Shown piece after piece: positions 14,201 to 27,600 of a stretch of DNA of 64,000 bases. The position numbers and the translations under genes were made by a program. Position 1 is the stretch's first letter. The number at the start of each line of letters is the position of its first letter. Origin of the DNA: Octopus bimaculoides (lineage: Eukaryota); contig NC_068983.1 in the NCBI RefSeq assembly GCF_001194135.2, positions 7,612,533-7,676,532 on the forward strand, given 5' to 3'. The notes below the pieces were generated by a model, which saw only the letters and a program-made list of their open reading frames with translations, ran no database searches and was not told where the DNA came from.

Positions 14201-17200
14201 TATATTCATTTCTAATGAGAAAACTTGATGTCAAAAGCAATAATTGAACTTGTGTTCTTGTACCAAAGTGTCCACTACTTTCATCTGACAACAGCTGTTC
14301 CTGATAAGATATATTTTGAAGAAAAACTAGACTACAAGCATGGGTGTGTGATTAAGAAGATCACTCTGCAATCATGTTGTTTCAGGTTCAATCCCATCGT
14401 GTGGCATCTTGGGCAAGTGTCTTTTACTATAGCTCCAGGTTGACTTATGCCTTGTGAATGTATTTGGTAAACAGAAATTGTGTGGAAACCTGACATGTGT
14501 ATATAAATATATATATTGGGTCATCCCATATATATAATGCAGTTTTTTCAATTGCATGAACTAAAAGTCAGAAGGGGACGGGATAAACTACCTGCATCAA
14601 CTTTTTATAAAAGCAGATAGTAATTCTACCTTGTCCTTATTCTTAGTGCAAGTTTTGAAGAGTGCAGTTTAATTTTAACAGTTATTTTTTCAAAACTATA
14701 ATGGAAGTAAACTAAAGGAGCATATTTGGCACATTTTGCTTTATGAGTTCAATAAAGGCAACAACACAATGGTAAGTGCGAGGAATATTAATGGACATTC
14801 TACTCCCTCTTCATTCTTCATGCTTGTCTGACTTTTTATGAACTTTGTGATCAACTCATACCCACTTCTAAAAGGTAGACCACTGTCTACATATTGTACT
14901 GAAAGCCTACAATGAATTTCAGCCCAACACACTTTTAAACCAGAGAAATTGGATCACTGATCTCTATCCTTCCTTGGTGTACACGGTCAGCAGAGCAACC
15001 ATGTTTACTCTAACACAAGAAAGAAAACTGGAGGATCAAGATCGAATCTTGGTTATGTAACCACAAGTGTACTACCTGTTGGCACCCAAGCACTGAAGTC
15101 AGTGCAGCCATTCTAAAGAAAGGTTAGAATGACAGTTACAACTGGTATCTTTGATCATAAGTCTACTTGATCAGTGGTAACCTGGATCTCGGTTCAAATT
15201 ATCACTGGTCAACAACAGCAATATCCAATAACAAGAATGTCAACATAATTCTTTTTAAGATGGTAGAATATAAATAAATATATATTTACCTTTTCTGTAA
15301 AGTAAGACAAGAGGAATTCTTTCCATTGGTGAGAGTTAATTGAATGATACTTGAAATGTTCAATGTAAGCTTTTAAAAATGGTTCAAAAACCTCTGTGGA
15401 AGTGAAAGAGAATAGTCTTAGACTTTTATTCATATCTAGGATGTATTATAGAAATAGGAAATCAAATTTTAGCTCGCAAACTTTATTTTATCAATCCTCA
15501 GAAGAAACTGAACACAAAAGCTATAACTAAATGCCTAACGGTATTTTGTCCAATGCGCTTAGGATTCTGCCAATCCATAAAAGTAATGGTAAATTACATT
15601 TAATTTAGATTACAATATAAAATAGATTTAATATTTTTCTAAAAAAAGATCCAGCTCTTGAAATCTTACATAAAGACTATATGTTCTCAGTGAGGGTCAT
15701 CTTTAAAAAAAAATTAACTGAAGGATTACTCAGTACTTGGCTTGCTCACTATCGTAATAATGTGGTTTACTTTGACTCATTCTGGTTTTATATGGGTTTT
15801 GGCAGGGTGTTCCTTTGGCAGATGGAATAATGTGAAGGAAGATTAAATGTGGTGTTGGTAGACAGGAGAAATGGTTACATAGGAAAGGAGGAAAATAGAA
15901 AAGAACACAAGGAGATATGTGCTTGAAAAAAAAGATATGGTGGAGAGTCATTCAGGTTTGATAGATGAATTTTGTTACTGTTTAGGATTCAGTCAGGTTT
16001 GAAAGTTAAAGAGTAAGCCACTTCCCTTCTAAACCTACACCAAACGTAAACCTCATTCAGATTACTCTACCCATTGAAGGAACAACCTGCCAAAATCTAA
16101 AGCTAGAAAGAACTAAAGATAAACCACAGTTTGATGATGATGAATAAGCCAAAACTTCAAAATCATTNNNNNNNNNNNNNNNNNNNNNNNNNNNNNNNNN
16201 NNNNNNNNNNNNNNNNNNNNNNNNNNNNNNNNNNNNNNNNNNNNNNNNNNNNNNNNNNNNNNNNNNNNNNNNNNNNNNNNNNNNNNNNNNNNNNNNNNNN
16301 NNNNNNNNNNNNNNNNNNNNNNNNNNNNNNNNNNNNNNNNNNNNNNNNNNNNNNNNNNNNNNNNNNNNNNNNNNNNNNNNNNNNNNNNNNNNNNNNNNNN
16401 NNNNNNNNNNNNNNNNNNNNNNNNNNNNNNNNNNNNNNNNNNNNNNNNNNNNNNNNNNNNNNNNNNNNNNNNNNNNNNNNNNNNNNNNNNNNNNNNNNNN
16501 NNNNNNNNNNNNNNNNNNNNNNNNNNNNNNNNNNNNNNNNNNNNNNNNNNNNNNNNNNNNNNNNNNNNNNNNNNNNNNNNNNNNNNNNNNNNNNNNNNNN
16601 NNNNNNNNNNNNNNNNNNNNNNNNNNNNNNNNNNNNNNNNNNNNNNNNNNNNNNNNNNNNNNNNNNNNNNNNNNNNNNNNNNNNNNNNNNNNNNNNNNNN
16701 NNNNNNNNNNNNNNNNNNNNNNNNNNNNNNNNNNNNNNNNNNNNNNNNNNNNNNNNNNNNNNNNNNNNNNNNNNNNNNNNNNNNNNNNNNNNNNNNNNNN
16801 NNNNNNNNNNNNNNNNNNNNNNNNNNNNNNNNNNNNNNNNNNNNNNNNNNNNNNNNNNNNNNNNNNNNNNNNNNNNNNNNNNNNNNNNNNNNNNNNNNNN
16901 NNNNNNNNNNNNNNNNNNNNNNNNNNNNNNNNNNNNNNNNNNNNNNNNNNNNNNNNNNNNNNNNNNNNNNNNNNNNNNNNNNNNNNNNNNNNNNNNNNNN
17001 NNNNNNNNNNNNNNNNNNNNNNNNNNNNNNNNNNNNNNNNNNNNNNNNNNNNNNNNNNNNTTGGCCCAAGGCTATAGTAGAAAACACATGCCTAAGGTGC
17101 CATGTGGTGGGACTGAACCTGGAACCATGAGGTTGGGAAGCAAGCTTCTTATTTCTTTATTGCCCACAAGGGGGCTAAACATAGAGGGGACAAACAAGGA

Positions 17201-18156
17201 CAGACAAGGAGATTAAATTGATTACATCGACCCAAGTGCGTAACTGGTACTTAATTTATCGACCCTGAAAGGATGAAAGGCAAAGTCGACCTCGGCAGAA
17301 TTTGAACTCAGAACGTAACGGCAGACGAAATACCGCTAAGCATTTCGCCCGGCATGCTTAACGATTCTGCCAGCTTGCAGCCATGCCTGTGCCTAGAAAT
17401 GCAATGATAGCACGTAACAAAGACAAGTGAGAAAGATGTTAACATTATGACGTATAGAGAGAAGTAATAGGCATGTTTAGAGATGACATAATAAAGATAA
17501 GTCACAGGCATTTTAGTACATTGTGTAGTAGACATGCTATGGCATGTCATAGTGGAGATAAAGAACAAACATGCTAAGACAGGAGATAACAGGGTGTCAC
17601 AGAAGGTTGAAAACAAATGATACAGCTTATTTGATAGTGACACTGGTTTTACAACTACCATGTGATATCAAGATAAGGAAGCACAAACACACAGCACACA
17701 CACACACATATATATACACATATACTCTTTTACTTGTTTCAGTCATTTGGCTGCGGCCATGCTGGAGCACCGCCTTTAGTCGGGCAAATCGACCCCAGGA
17801 CTTATTCTTTGTAAGCCTAGTACTTATTCTATCGGTCTTTTTTGCCAAACCACTAAGTTACGGGGATGTAAACACACCAGCATCGGTTGTCAAGCAATGT
17901 TAGAGAGGACAAACACAGACACACACACACACACACATNNNNNNNNNNNNNNNNNNNNNNNNNNNNNNNNNNNNNNNNNNNNNNNNNNNNNNNNNNNNNN
18001 NNNNNNNNNNNNNNNNNNNNNNNNNNNNNNNNNNNNNNNNNNNNNNNNNNNNNNNNNNNNNNNNNNNNNNNNNNNNNNNNNNNNNNNNNNNNNNNNNNNN
18101 NNNNNNNNNNNNNNNNNNNNNNNNNNNNNNNNNNNNNNNNNNNNNNNNNNNNNNNN

Positions 18157-18192
<36 letters not shown>

Positions 18193-19581
18193 TACAGGCT
18201 TCTTTCAGTTTCCATCTACTGAATCCACTCACAAGGCTTTGGTCGGCCCGAGGCTATAATAGAAGACACTTGACCAAGGTGCCACACAGTGGGACTGATC
18301 TAAGAACCATGTGGTTCATAAGCAAGCTACTTACCACACAGCTGCTCCTGCGCATAAACATATACACACATACACATGCATACAACAGGTGTTTTCAGTT
18401 TCCATCTACCAAATCCACTTGCAAAACTTTGGTTGGCCTGGAGATAACCGAAGGAGCTATAGTAGAAGACACTTGCCTAAGGTGCCACACAGCAGGACTG
18501 AACCTGAAACTACGCAGCTGGGACACAAACTTAAACTTCTTTTCACACAATTGTATGTGAACAGAGATAAAAACAACAAAATGCAATGGCTAGGCAATGA
18601 GAAAGAACTTGATGTTTAGCTGCAAAATCAGAACCAGGAGTTTACAAAAGTCTGTTTTGATCTCAGTGGTTTTAGTTAGATTCAATAACATGGAGGGCAA
18701 AAAATATGTGGAAACTCACATAATCTGACCAGGATTTCTTTCCAATCATGCCTAAAAGATTCCTTAATGTTTCCCCACAACCTAGCTTAGCACAAATCTT
18801 TCTCTCTACAAATGTTGTATGGCCTTCATTTAACCTACAAAGAATAAAAAAAACAAATGAAAGATTAAATAAATTCAAATAAAACAAAATAGATTACGTT
18901 TGAAATTATTACATTTATTTTTAACAATGTAAAACTACAAAAGTATTAAGTCCTTTTTAATGTTCTTTTCTATTCTCCTAAAATGTTAAACTTATTTATA
19001 TTTTATAGCATCATCAGCATCGTCCTGATCGTCGTCGTCACAGTGTATTCATCATCAAACCCATCTCTCTCCCGCTCACCCCCTCCCTCCAGATCAGGAA
19101 TTGGCAAACGTCTTAAATCAGTGACCCGCTTCTTTGAATTATTGATAAATTATCAACCAACACCCTGCATATGAATTTCTAAAATTATTCTTTCATGTCA
19201 CTGCTGGTTTTTGACCTCATGACCTTACGGTCATGAGCTAAATATCCTAACCACTAAGCCATGTGCCTTCACTTAGAAAGGATTATTACTACTGAATCAC
19301 AACAATTAAGACAACAAACTAACAGAACTGTCAGCAAGCCAGATAAAATGCTTTGCTAGTATTTCTTCTGACATATTTGATGCACTCACCATTCTGCTTG
19401 TTTGCTAAAGCAGACAGTGTGTGTTCCCCAATCATAATTTAACCCCTTAACACTGGGTTTAAAATTGCCTCCCATTCTGAAATATCACCAACACACACAG
19501 CCATACTTAGTCAAAGGGCACTTTTTCCTATTCTTTTCCTGTCCTGCAAGTCACTTGGCAACTTCAATAGTACTGGTGGCA

Positions 19582-19628
<47 letters not shown>

Positions 19629-20594
19629 CAAAAAAAAAAAGCACCCAGAACACTCTGTAAGGTGATTCACATTAGGAAGGGCATCCAGCTGTAGAAACCA
19701 TACCAAAAATGGTATTAGAGCTAGAAGCAGCCCTGTGGCTAGCCAGATCATGTCAAACCCTCCAATTCATGCCAGCATGGAAAACATACCTTAAATGGTG
19801 AAATTAGTATTCGATGAAAATTATGTGCCACCACTACAAACTCTATATGATACCCATTTACATCTAAGTAGACTGAGCCAATAACAAACATGTGACTTTA
19901 GCTTTGACATAACATTAGCCTTACAACATTTAAATGTCACCTTCCTACAGACTTTGCAATATTCAATGTTTTAAGAAATGTGTGAAAGAATATATAAAAA
20001 ATATATATTTAGCCTTGTTCTAAAAAGCTTTTAAAGCAAGAATATAGAGATATATTTATGTCTTGCATTCAAAATGTAATTATCTTCAAGAAAAATAAAC
20101 AAACTCGTTAATAACATACACAGTACCAGGCTCTACAGTTAATACCTTAGTAAGGTCAAAGCAATTTGATTCTAATTTATGATGTGTTTACAATTTACTG
20201 GTTGACTAATCCTTCTCACTTAACTACACCTAGTGAAGTGTAAGTAATTTAACTTGCATTTATTATGCAATGACAGTGCAGGAAGTTTAAATATTCATTG
20301 TACCGGGCAATCAATCTAAAGATCAGTGAGTTATATCCAGTCACTTGCATTGACTTGTGTTTGTGGCCAATCCCACCAATAGGTACCACAGTAAGGTAGG
20401 GCTCTCAAACAAAGGCTACAGTTTCAGCATTGTGGAAACACACAAGAGTTTATTCAACTCAGAGCAATGAGTTGGACTTAGTTAAATTCTTTTGATACAA
20501 ACCAGCTGGACACTGCACCTGGTCCTAAGAAACACACTTTTTTTTTTAAAGCAATCTATATTAAAACCTTTCATAATAATTTCATGTTAATTGA

Positions 20595-20645
<51 letters not shown>

Positions 20646-22202
20646 TTTATGTATACAATGGGCTTCTTTCAGTTACCATTGACCAAATCCACTAACAATG
20701 CTTTGGTTAACCTGGGGCTACAGTACAAAACACTTGCCCCAGGTGTGACATGATGGGATAAATTGCAAGAGCATGTGGTTGGGAAGCAAACCATTTAACC
20801 ATGCAGCCACACCCATTATAGAAAACAGATAACACTGCAGAAACTGATAGCACATAAACCATGTCTGTGTGCAGTTGCAGTTGCACACAGACATGCTTTA
20901 TCTTGCTGTCCTATGTTCATTTTCAGCCAGCATTTCTGTCATGAGGTTACTAACATGCATATTTTGAAATAAGGAATATGCATAAGTGTTGCTTTGGTAG
21001 GTACAGGTGTAGCTGTGTGGTAAGAAGTTAGCTTCCCAACCACATGGTTCTGGGTTCATTCTCACAGCATGACACCTTAGGCAAGTGTCTTCAGTCACAA
21101 CACTACTGTTTCTCTTTTACAGATTCAAGACTCAAGAAAACTCTAAACTTACCCAAGAGTATGAACCCCAGTGAGATGTGAACTGAATACTTGCATTTTG
21201 TATGGATTTCCCTCTATCTCCCCCAACTCGTGATACATCGGTCATTCACCCTTCATTCCAATTTTTGCAGTTGCAGTCTGTCTCCTCATCTCCATGCAAT
21301 TTGCAAATCACCAACTCACCCACACATTTCTAACTGCCTCATGCCTTGATAGGCCACCTGGACACCTCTTCTCATATTTATCTCTTCACAATTCCTACTG
21401 ATCATTCCCACCCTCTTTTACTTAATGTGAGTAACCATGCAAGAACCAGCTCTGCATTTCAACCTTCTCGTATTTTAACTTCTCATCTCCTAGCGTAAAG
21501 CTGACTTCAATCTCTCTCTCATGGTTTTGTAGTCTTGCAAGCTGCATAGCAACCTCAACAGTGCTGCTGGCACATAAAAACCACCTGGTACTTGCAGTAA
21601 ACTGGTTGCTAGCCATAGCAACCATGTCAAAGCAGACACTGGAGTATGATGCAGTTCTTGGACCCAGTGAATCCTGTCAAACCACCAGTTCCATGTCAGC
21701 ATAGAACATGAACGTTAAAGTATGATGGTGATGGTGATGACAATGATGATGACGATGATGATGTGGAGGAGGAGGAAGTAAACAGAAAAGCAGCATTCAG
21801 TAGCTTCTTTCGGGAACTTACCAGAAATGTTCAAATGTAGAATTAGTGACCAAGTTGCCAGTCCAACTGTGAGATATTTCATGTGCAATAACATTAGCTA
21901 GTGATTTATCTCCAGCCTAAATAAAAAGAAAAATGGAAAAAACCTTTACAATCTCAGAACTCATTTAATCATTCTGCACAATCTAGAAATATCCCTTACA
22001 TCACAACACACCATTTTACAAAAACACTGTATAGGCGCAGGAGTGGCTGTGTGGTAAGTAGCTTGCTTACCAATCACATGGTTCCGGGTTCAGTCCCACT
22101 GTGTGGCACCTTGGGCAAGTGTCTTCTACTATAGCCTCAGGCCGACCAAATCCTCGTGAGTGGATTTGGTAGACGGAAACTGAAAGAAGCCCATAGTATA
22201 TA

Positions 22203-22289
<87 letters not shown>

Positions 22290-24663
22290 CTGTGCCCCTA
22301 GCATTGCTTGACAACCGATGCTGGTGTGTTTATGTCCCCGTCACTTAGCAGTTCGGCAAGAGACCAATAGAATAAGTACTAGGCTTACAAAGAATAAGTC
22401 CTGGGGTCAATTTGCTTGACTAAAGGCAGTGCTCCAGCATGGCCACAATCAGATGACTGAAACAAGTAAAAGAGTAAAGTGTATAATGTAAGGTAATGAG
22501 GCAAACTGCTACACAGTCACTTTCCTCTTTTCTTGCTAGAAACTGCAGCCAAATATCTTTTAAATCACACCCTACAGTAATGTTATCTCAAGATGTAGCT
22601 GTGATGAATGACAGGGTGATGGATGAATTACCATGCCTAATAAAATTAGAATGTGCTTTAAACTTTATAAACTTGTCCAACCCCATAGCAAAAAAAATGA
22701 AGAATGATATAAATGTAAAATTGTTTGTTTTCTCAAGAATAAAGATGAAAGATGAGAGAAGGTGGGTTAGAAAAATTTCACAAATATTTTGAGAGGCAGA
22801 TACCTAGTCAGCTTAAGAACTACTTCCCCCACCACCACCACCACTTATCTTATAAGAAGGGAAACTTTGGATAATGTACTCCCAGATATTTATCACTGAA
22901 CCCCACCCCGCTGCTACCTCAACCCTTGTTCTTCATTCAGTATATTCATACTCCTATTCCATCTCTATCTATTCTCCATTCTCTCCATACAACATTGCAG
23001 ATTCTATCCTTTTCTACTCAAGGCACAAGGCCAGAAATTTTGCGGGAGGGATGGTACTTAATTTATCGACCCCGAAAGGATGAAAAGCATAGTCGACCTC
23101 AGCGGAATTTGAACTCAGAAAGTAAAGACTAAGCATTTCACCCGGCGTGCTAACGTCTCTGCCGGCTCGCAGCCTTCTATCCACCCACTCTTTTTGTTCT
23201 TCAACCCCCACTGTACTCCACCCCGGGCACACTCTGATTCCTCGTCACTACCGTCTTTATCTCTTTCCAATCTCACCCACACCTTATGTAATGTAAGCAG
23301 CCATGTATCTCCCCTACAGCAAGAAACTTGTTCCAGCCCCTTCCTTCACATTCTAGCATTTCTCTGAGTAGCAAAAAGCTGCCTCCTTCTAAACAGTAGC
23401 CCCATGAAGGGGATCTTAGTTTTGTGAGTAACATGGTAACCTCACTAGTGCTGATGCCATGAAAACACCAAAAAAAAAAGAGTCCAGTACTTTCTACGAA
23501 GTCAATGACATTAGTAAGAGCACCCAACCAATGAAACCATGCCAAATAAGACAATGGAGTATGACGTAGTCTGTCAATATGTCAGATCCTGTCAAACTGC
23601 ACAACCCATGTTAGGATAGAAGAAAAGGAAGATCAATGATGAATGGTGGTGGTGGTAGTGATGATGATTATGATACAAGGATATCACAGCTGAAACTCCT
23701 TTGGTCATGGGTCAGTAAGATGAGGGCTGACATGGGACTAAATGAACAATAAAGGTAAATGTAATAAAATACAAAGCTTACCAAGAGTGTTGGGGTAACG
23801 AATGTGAGGCAAGGATTCTCCATGCCACCATAAGGAAAAGATGGTGGTAGCACAACAAGATCATATTGACCCCATACATATGGTCCCATCAGGCTCTCAG
23901 CAACTTTCAGCATCTCTTCAGTCTAATGGGGGAAGGCAGAAAAAGAAAAGAAAATTATAAAAAATTTGGCATCATACTTCTCATCTCTCTCACACACACA
24001 CACAACCAAAAATATGCAGATACACACCAACACATAGTAAAATTCAAGCCCAAAATACATATGCACACAGACTTGTGTACAAACACAAACACACACAAGC
24101 CTGCGTACAAACACACAAACAAGCATGTGTACAAACACACAAACATTAAAATTCAAGTAGAAAACATACACACATAGGCCTGTATAAAAACACACACAAA
24201 CACTCACGTCCAAACATGTACACACACTCCTCACACATACAAATGAGAAATTGAAAAGAATATTTCTAACACAATAATAACCACTGAACAAAGGAAGTAA
24301 CATTACTAATGAGTGCAACACTAATTAGAAAATACAGTAATAACATAAGTATTCAAGAACTGAAGAGTGCCAATACAACGGTTCAAGAATGAAGAATTGC
24401 TCAGTATTCAAGAATAATCAGGACATACTCGGCTATTCCTGGCCTTAGAATACAGCTTTCATAAGTCTTACCTATCACATTCTGGCAAGGACAAAATCAA
24501 GAAATATATACACATAGCATTAGTAGTAGTAATAGTAGTAGTAGTAGTAGTGGTAGTGGTTGTAGTAGTAGTAGTAGTAGTGGTGGTGGTGGTGGTGTTT
24601 GTAGTAGTAGTGGCAGTGGTAGTGGTAGTAGTAGTGGTGGTGGTTGTAGTAGTAGTAGTGTTT

Positions 24664-24694
<31 letters not shown>

Positions 24695-27600
24695 TAGTAG
24701 TGGTGGTGGTTGTAGTAGTAGTAGTAGTAGTAGTAGTGTGTGTGTGTGAGAGAGACAGAGAGACCCCTAAAAAAAACACTTGGATCATGCCTGGAATGCC
24801 TTTGGTCCTAACAAGTTCGTTCAACCTGGGCTGACCTGGGCTTAAACAACAGCAACAGAAAATGAACAAAATGCAAGACAATAATTCTGAATATTATACA
24901 TATATATATATAAATATATACTTCACCTCAGAGAACTCAAAAGCTGCTTTGTCAAGAAATTCCCTCTCTGACCATACTTTGCTACGGGGTCCAATGTTAC
25001 TGGTTAAAAAGAAATATTAAAAAAAAAAAGTATGGAATTATATATAAACACAAAATTGCTACAATCTAATAAGATTGAACACACTAAATTATGTACTACC
25101 TTTATTCATTGGCCCCTCAAGTCTTGAGGAAATTGAAAGCCACCCTCATGATGTAAACTTTGACTTGTCCTAGGTGTTTTTTCTTTATATGCCAATGAAG
25201 CCATCCCTTTTTAGGTCTGAACAGCTGGTTTTTTAGGGGAAGAAGGAAGGGGAGGAGGAGGTTCATCTCCAGCACCAGAGATATTATGTTCACATTATTC
25301 ATCAATAAATTATCCCCTAGCTCTGCACTTTCAAAGATGAGTGGGATAGAGCAGTTCATTACTTGAAAAACAGATAAGAGTTAGTAACTACAATAGCATT
25401 TGGATGAAAAACAAAGTCTATGTACGTATTTGTCTAACCTATGCTAGCATGAGAGAATGAACATAAATTGATGGAACACACGTTATCTATTCATATAACT
25501 AGCAGTCAGTATCCATCTCTCTGTTTGTCCATTCCTCTAAGGGAGACAACTGACCTTATTATATTTGTCTCCTTTGGTTACTTTACACTTGTATTGCCTG
25601 TCATATGACAAGTAATGTGAAGAACGTTTTTGCCACCATTGGCAATGAACAACTAATGATACCAGAGTGGTTGGCGTTAGGAAGGGCATCCAGCTGTAGA
25701 AACTCTGCCAGATCAGACTGGAGCCTGGTGCAGCCATCTTGTTTACCAGTCTTCAGTCAAATCGTCCAACCGATGCTAGCATGGAAAGCGGACATTCAAC
25801 GACGATGATGATTCATAGTTAAACAGTATTATTGTTACTGATAATATATTTATTGCAAACACATAACAGGGTGATGTGTTTTAATTCAAAATTAATTTAA
25901 TACATATTTATCTTTTTAAAACTAGTATTCATTTTGTATAATGACTATGAAATTTGAAAAAAAAAAAAAATTATAATCATTGTTCCGATATAAACTAACA
26001 TTACATATTACCCACAATGGTAAAACATTCATTCCCAACATTACCTGTCAAATGATACATTAACCTTTAGTTATTAGCATATTCAAAAAAAAAATAGAAC
26101 ATTAAAAAGCTAAGTTGAAATAGTAGACAGATACATAGACAGCTTCACAGGTAGTTATTAGCATATTATTAGCATATTATTAGCATATTTAATACATGGA
26201 GCATCAAAAAGTTAACTACAAATAATTATGTAATTATACACCATGATACTTATTCCTGTCACTCTATCATATTCTGGCTTCTCAACATCTGGCATAAATC
26301 ACCTCAGTTAATGAGTTTTGTCTTGGGAACTACTTTGTAATCTCACTAGTGCCAGAGATACAAAAAAGCTTCCAATACACACTGTACAATGGTTGGCTTT
26401 AGGAAGAGAATCCAGTCACAAAAACCATGCTGGAACAGACAATGGAGCTAAACATAGTCCTTTGACTTGTCGGATCCTATTAAATCATCCTACCCAGGCC
26501 AACATGGAATACAGAAGCTAAATGATGATGAAGATGATGATGAAAGACAATTAGATACATATTAATAACACATTTCCCAGATAGACCATAACAAAGATAA
26601 CTAAAAATAAGCATGCAGTGACAGAACAAATTAATATTAGTCAATTACATAGAGGCAGCATAGTATGTGGTTGAGAAGCTTGTTTTGCAACTGTGCAGCT
26701 TTGAGTTCAGTCTTATAGTGCAATACCTTGGTCAAGTTTTTTTCACTATAGCCTCAGGCCAACCAAAGCCTTGTGAGTAGATTTGGTTGATAGAAACTGG
26801 AAGAAGTCCATGGTTGTAAACAAGCATCTCATACAAACAAGTTCTGTTTCCAGTATTCTGAGGAAAACATATTTGGCCATGGAGAAATATCATCTTGCTA
26901 GGAAGCAGGTAAGTGTTGGCAACAGGAAAGGCATCTGCCATAGAAAATATCCTTCTGACCCATACAAACACAGAAAAGTGTGCACTAAATGATGATGATG
27001 ATAATGACATATAATACTTTCACAAGTTACATACCTTTAACCTCCCATTTACCGATAAGCCCTAATCTTCAACGATAACGCTAATACTTCTTCAATAAGT
27101 CTTAATCTCTGCTTTGATAAGGCTCCCTCCAGTGCTTCTAGATATGAATTTTGTCTATGAGTATTTACTAAATCCAGATTAAAATTTTACTGATATCGCA
27201 AACAATAAATTTTCTTTATTCATTTCAAACCTTTTGGTATTTACTAACTTGTCTGAGACCACCCCTAGTTATTTCATTCAAAATATTCTGCCTAAACATG
27301 TTTATAGTAAAATTAAAATCTTCCTTTGAACATTTTAAGATGTGTGGTACCTTGGGCAAGTGTCTTCTACTATAGCNNNNNNNNNNNNNNNNNNNNNNNN
27401 NNNNNNNNNNNNNNNNNNNNNNNNNNNNNNNNNNNNNNNNNNNNNNNNNNNNNNNNNNNNNNNNNNNNNNNNNNNNNNNNNNNNNNNNNNNNNNNNNNNN
27501 NNNNNNNNNNNNNNNNNNNNNNNNNNNNNNNNNNNNNNNNNNNNNNNNNNNNNNNNNNNNNNNNNTCCTGGTTTTGGGTAAAAAAAAAACACAGGAGGAT

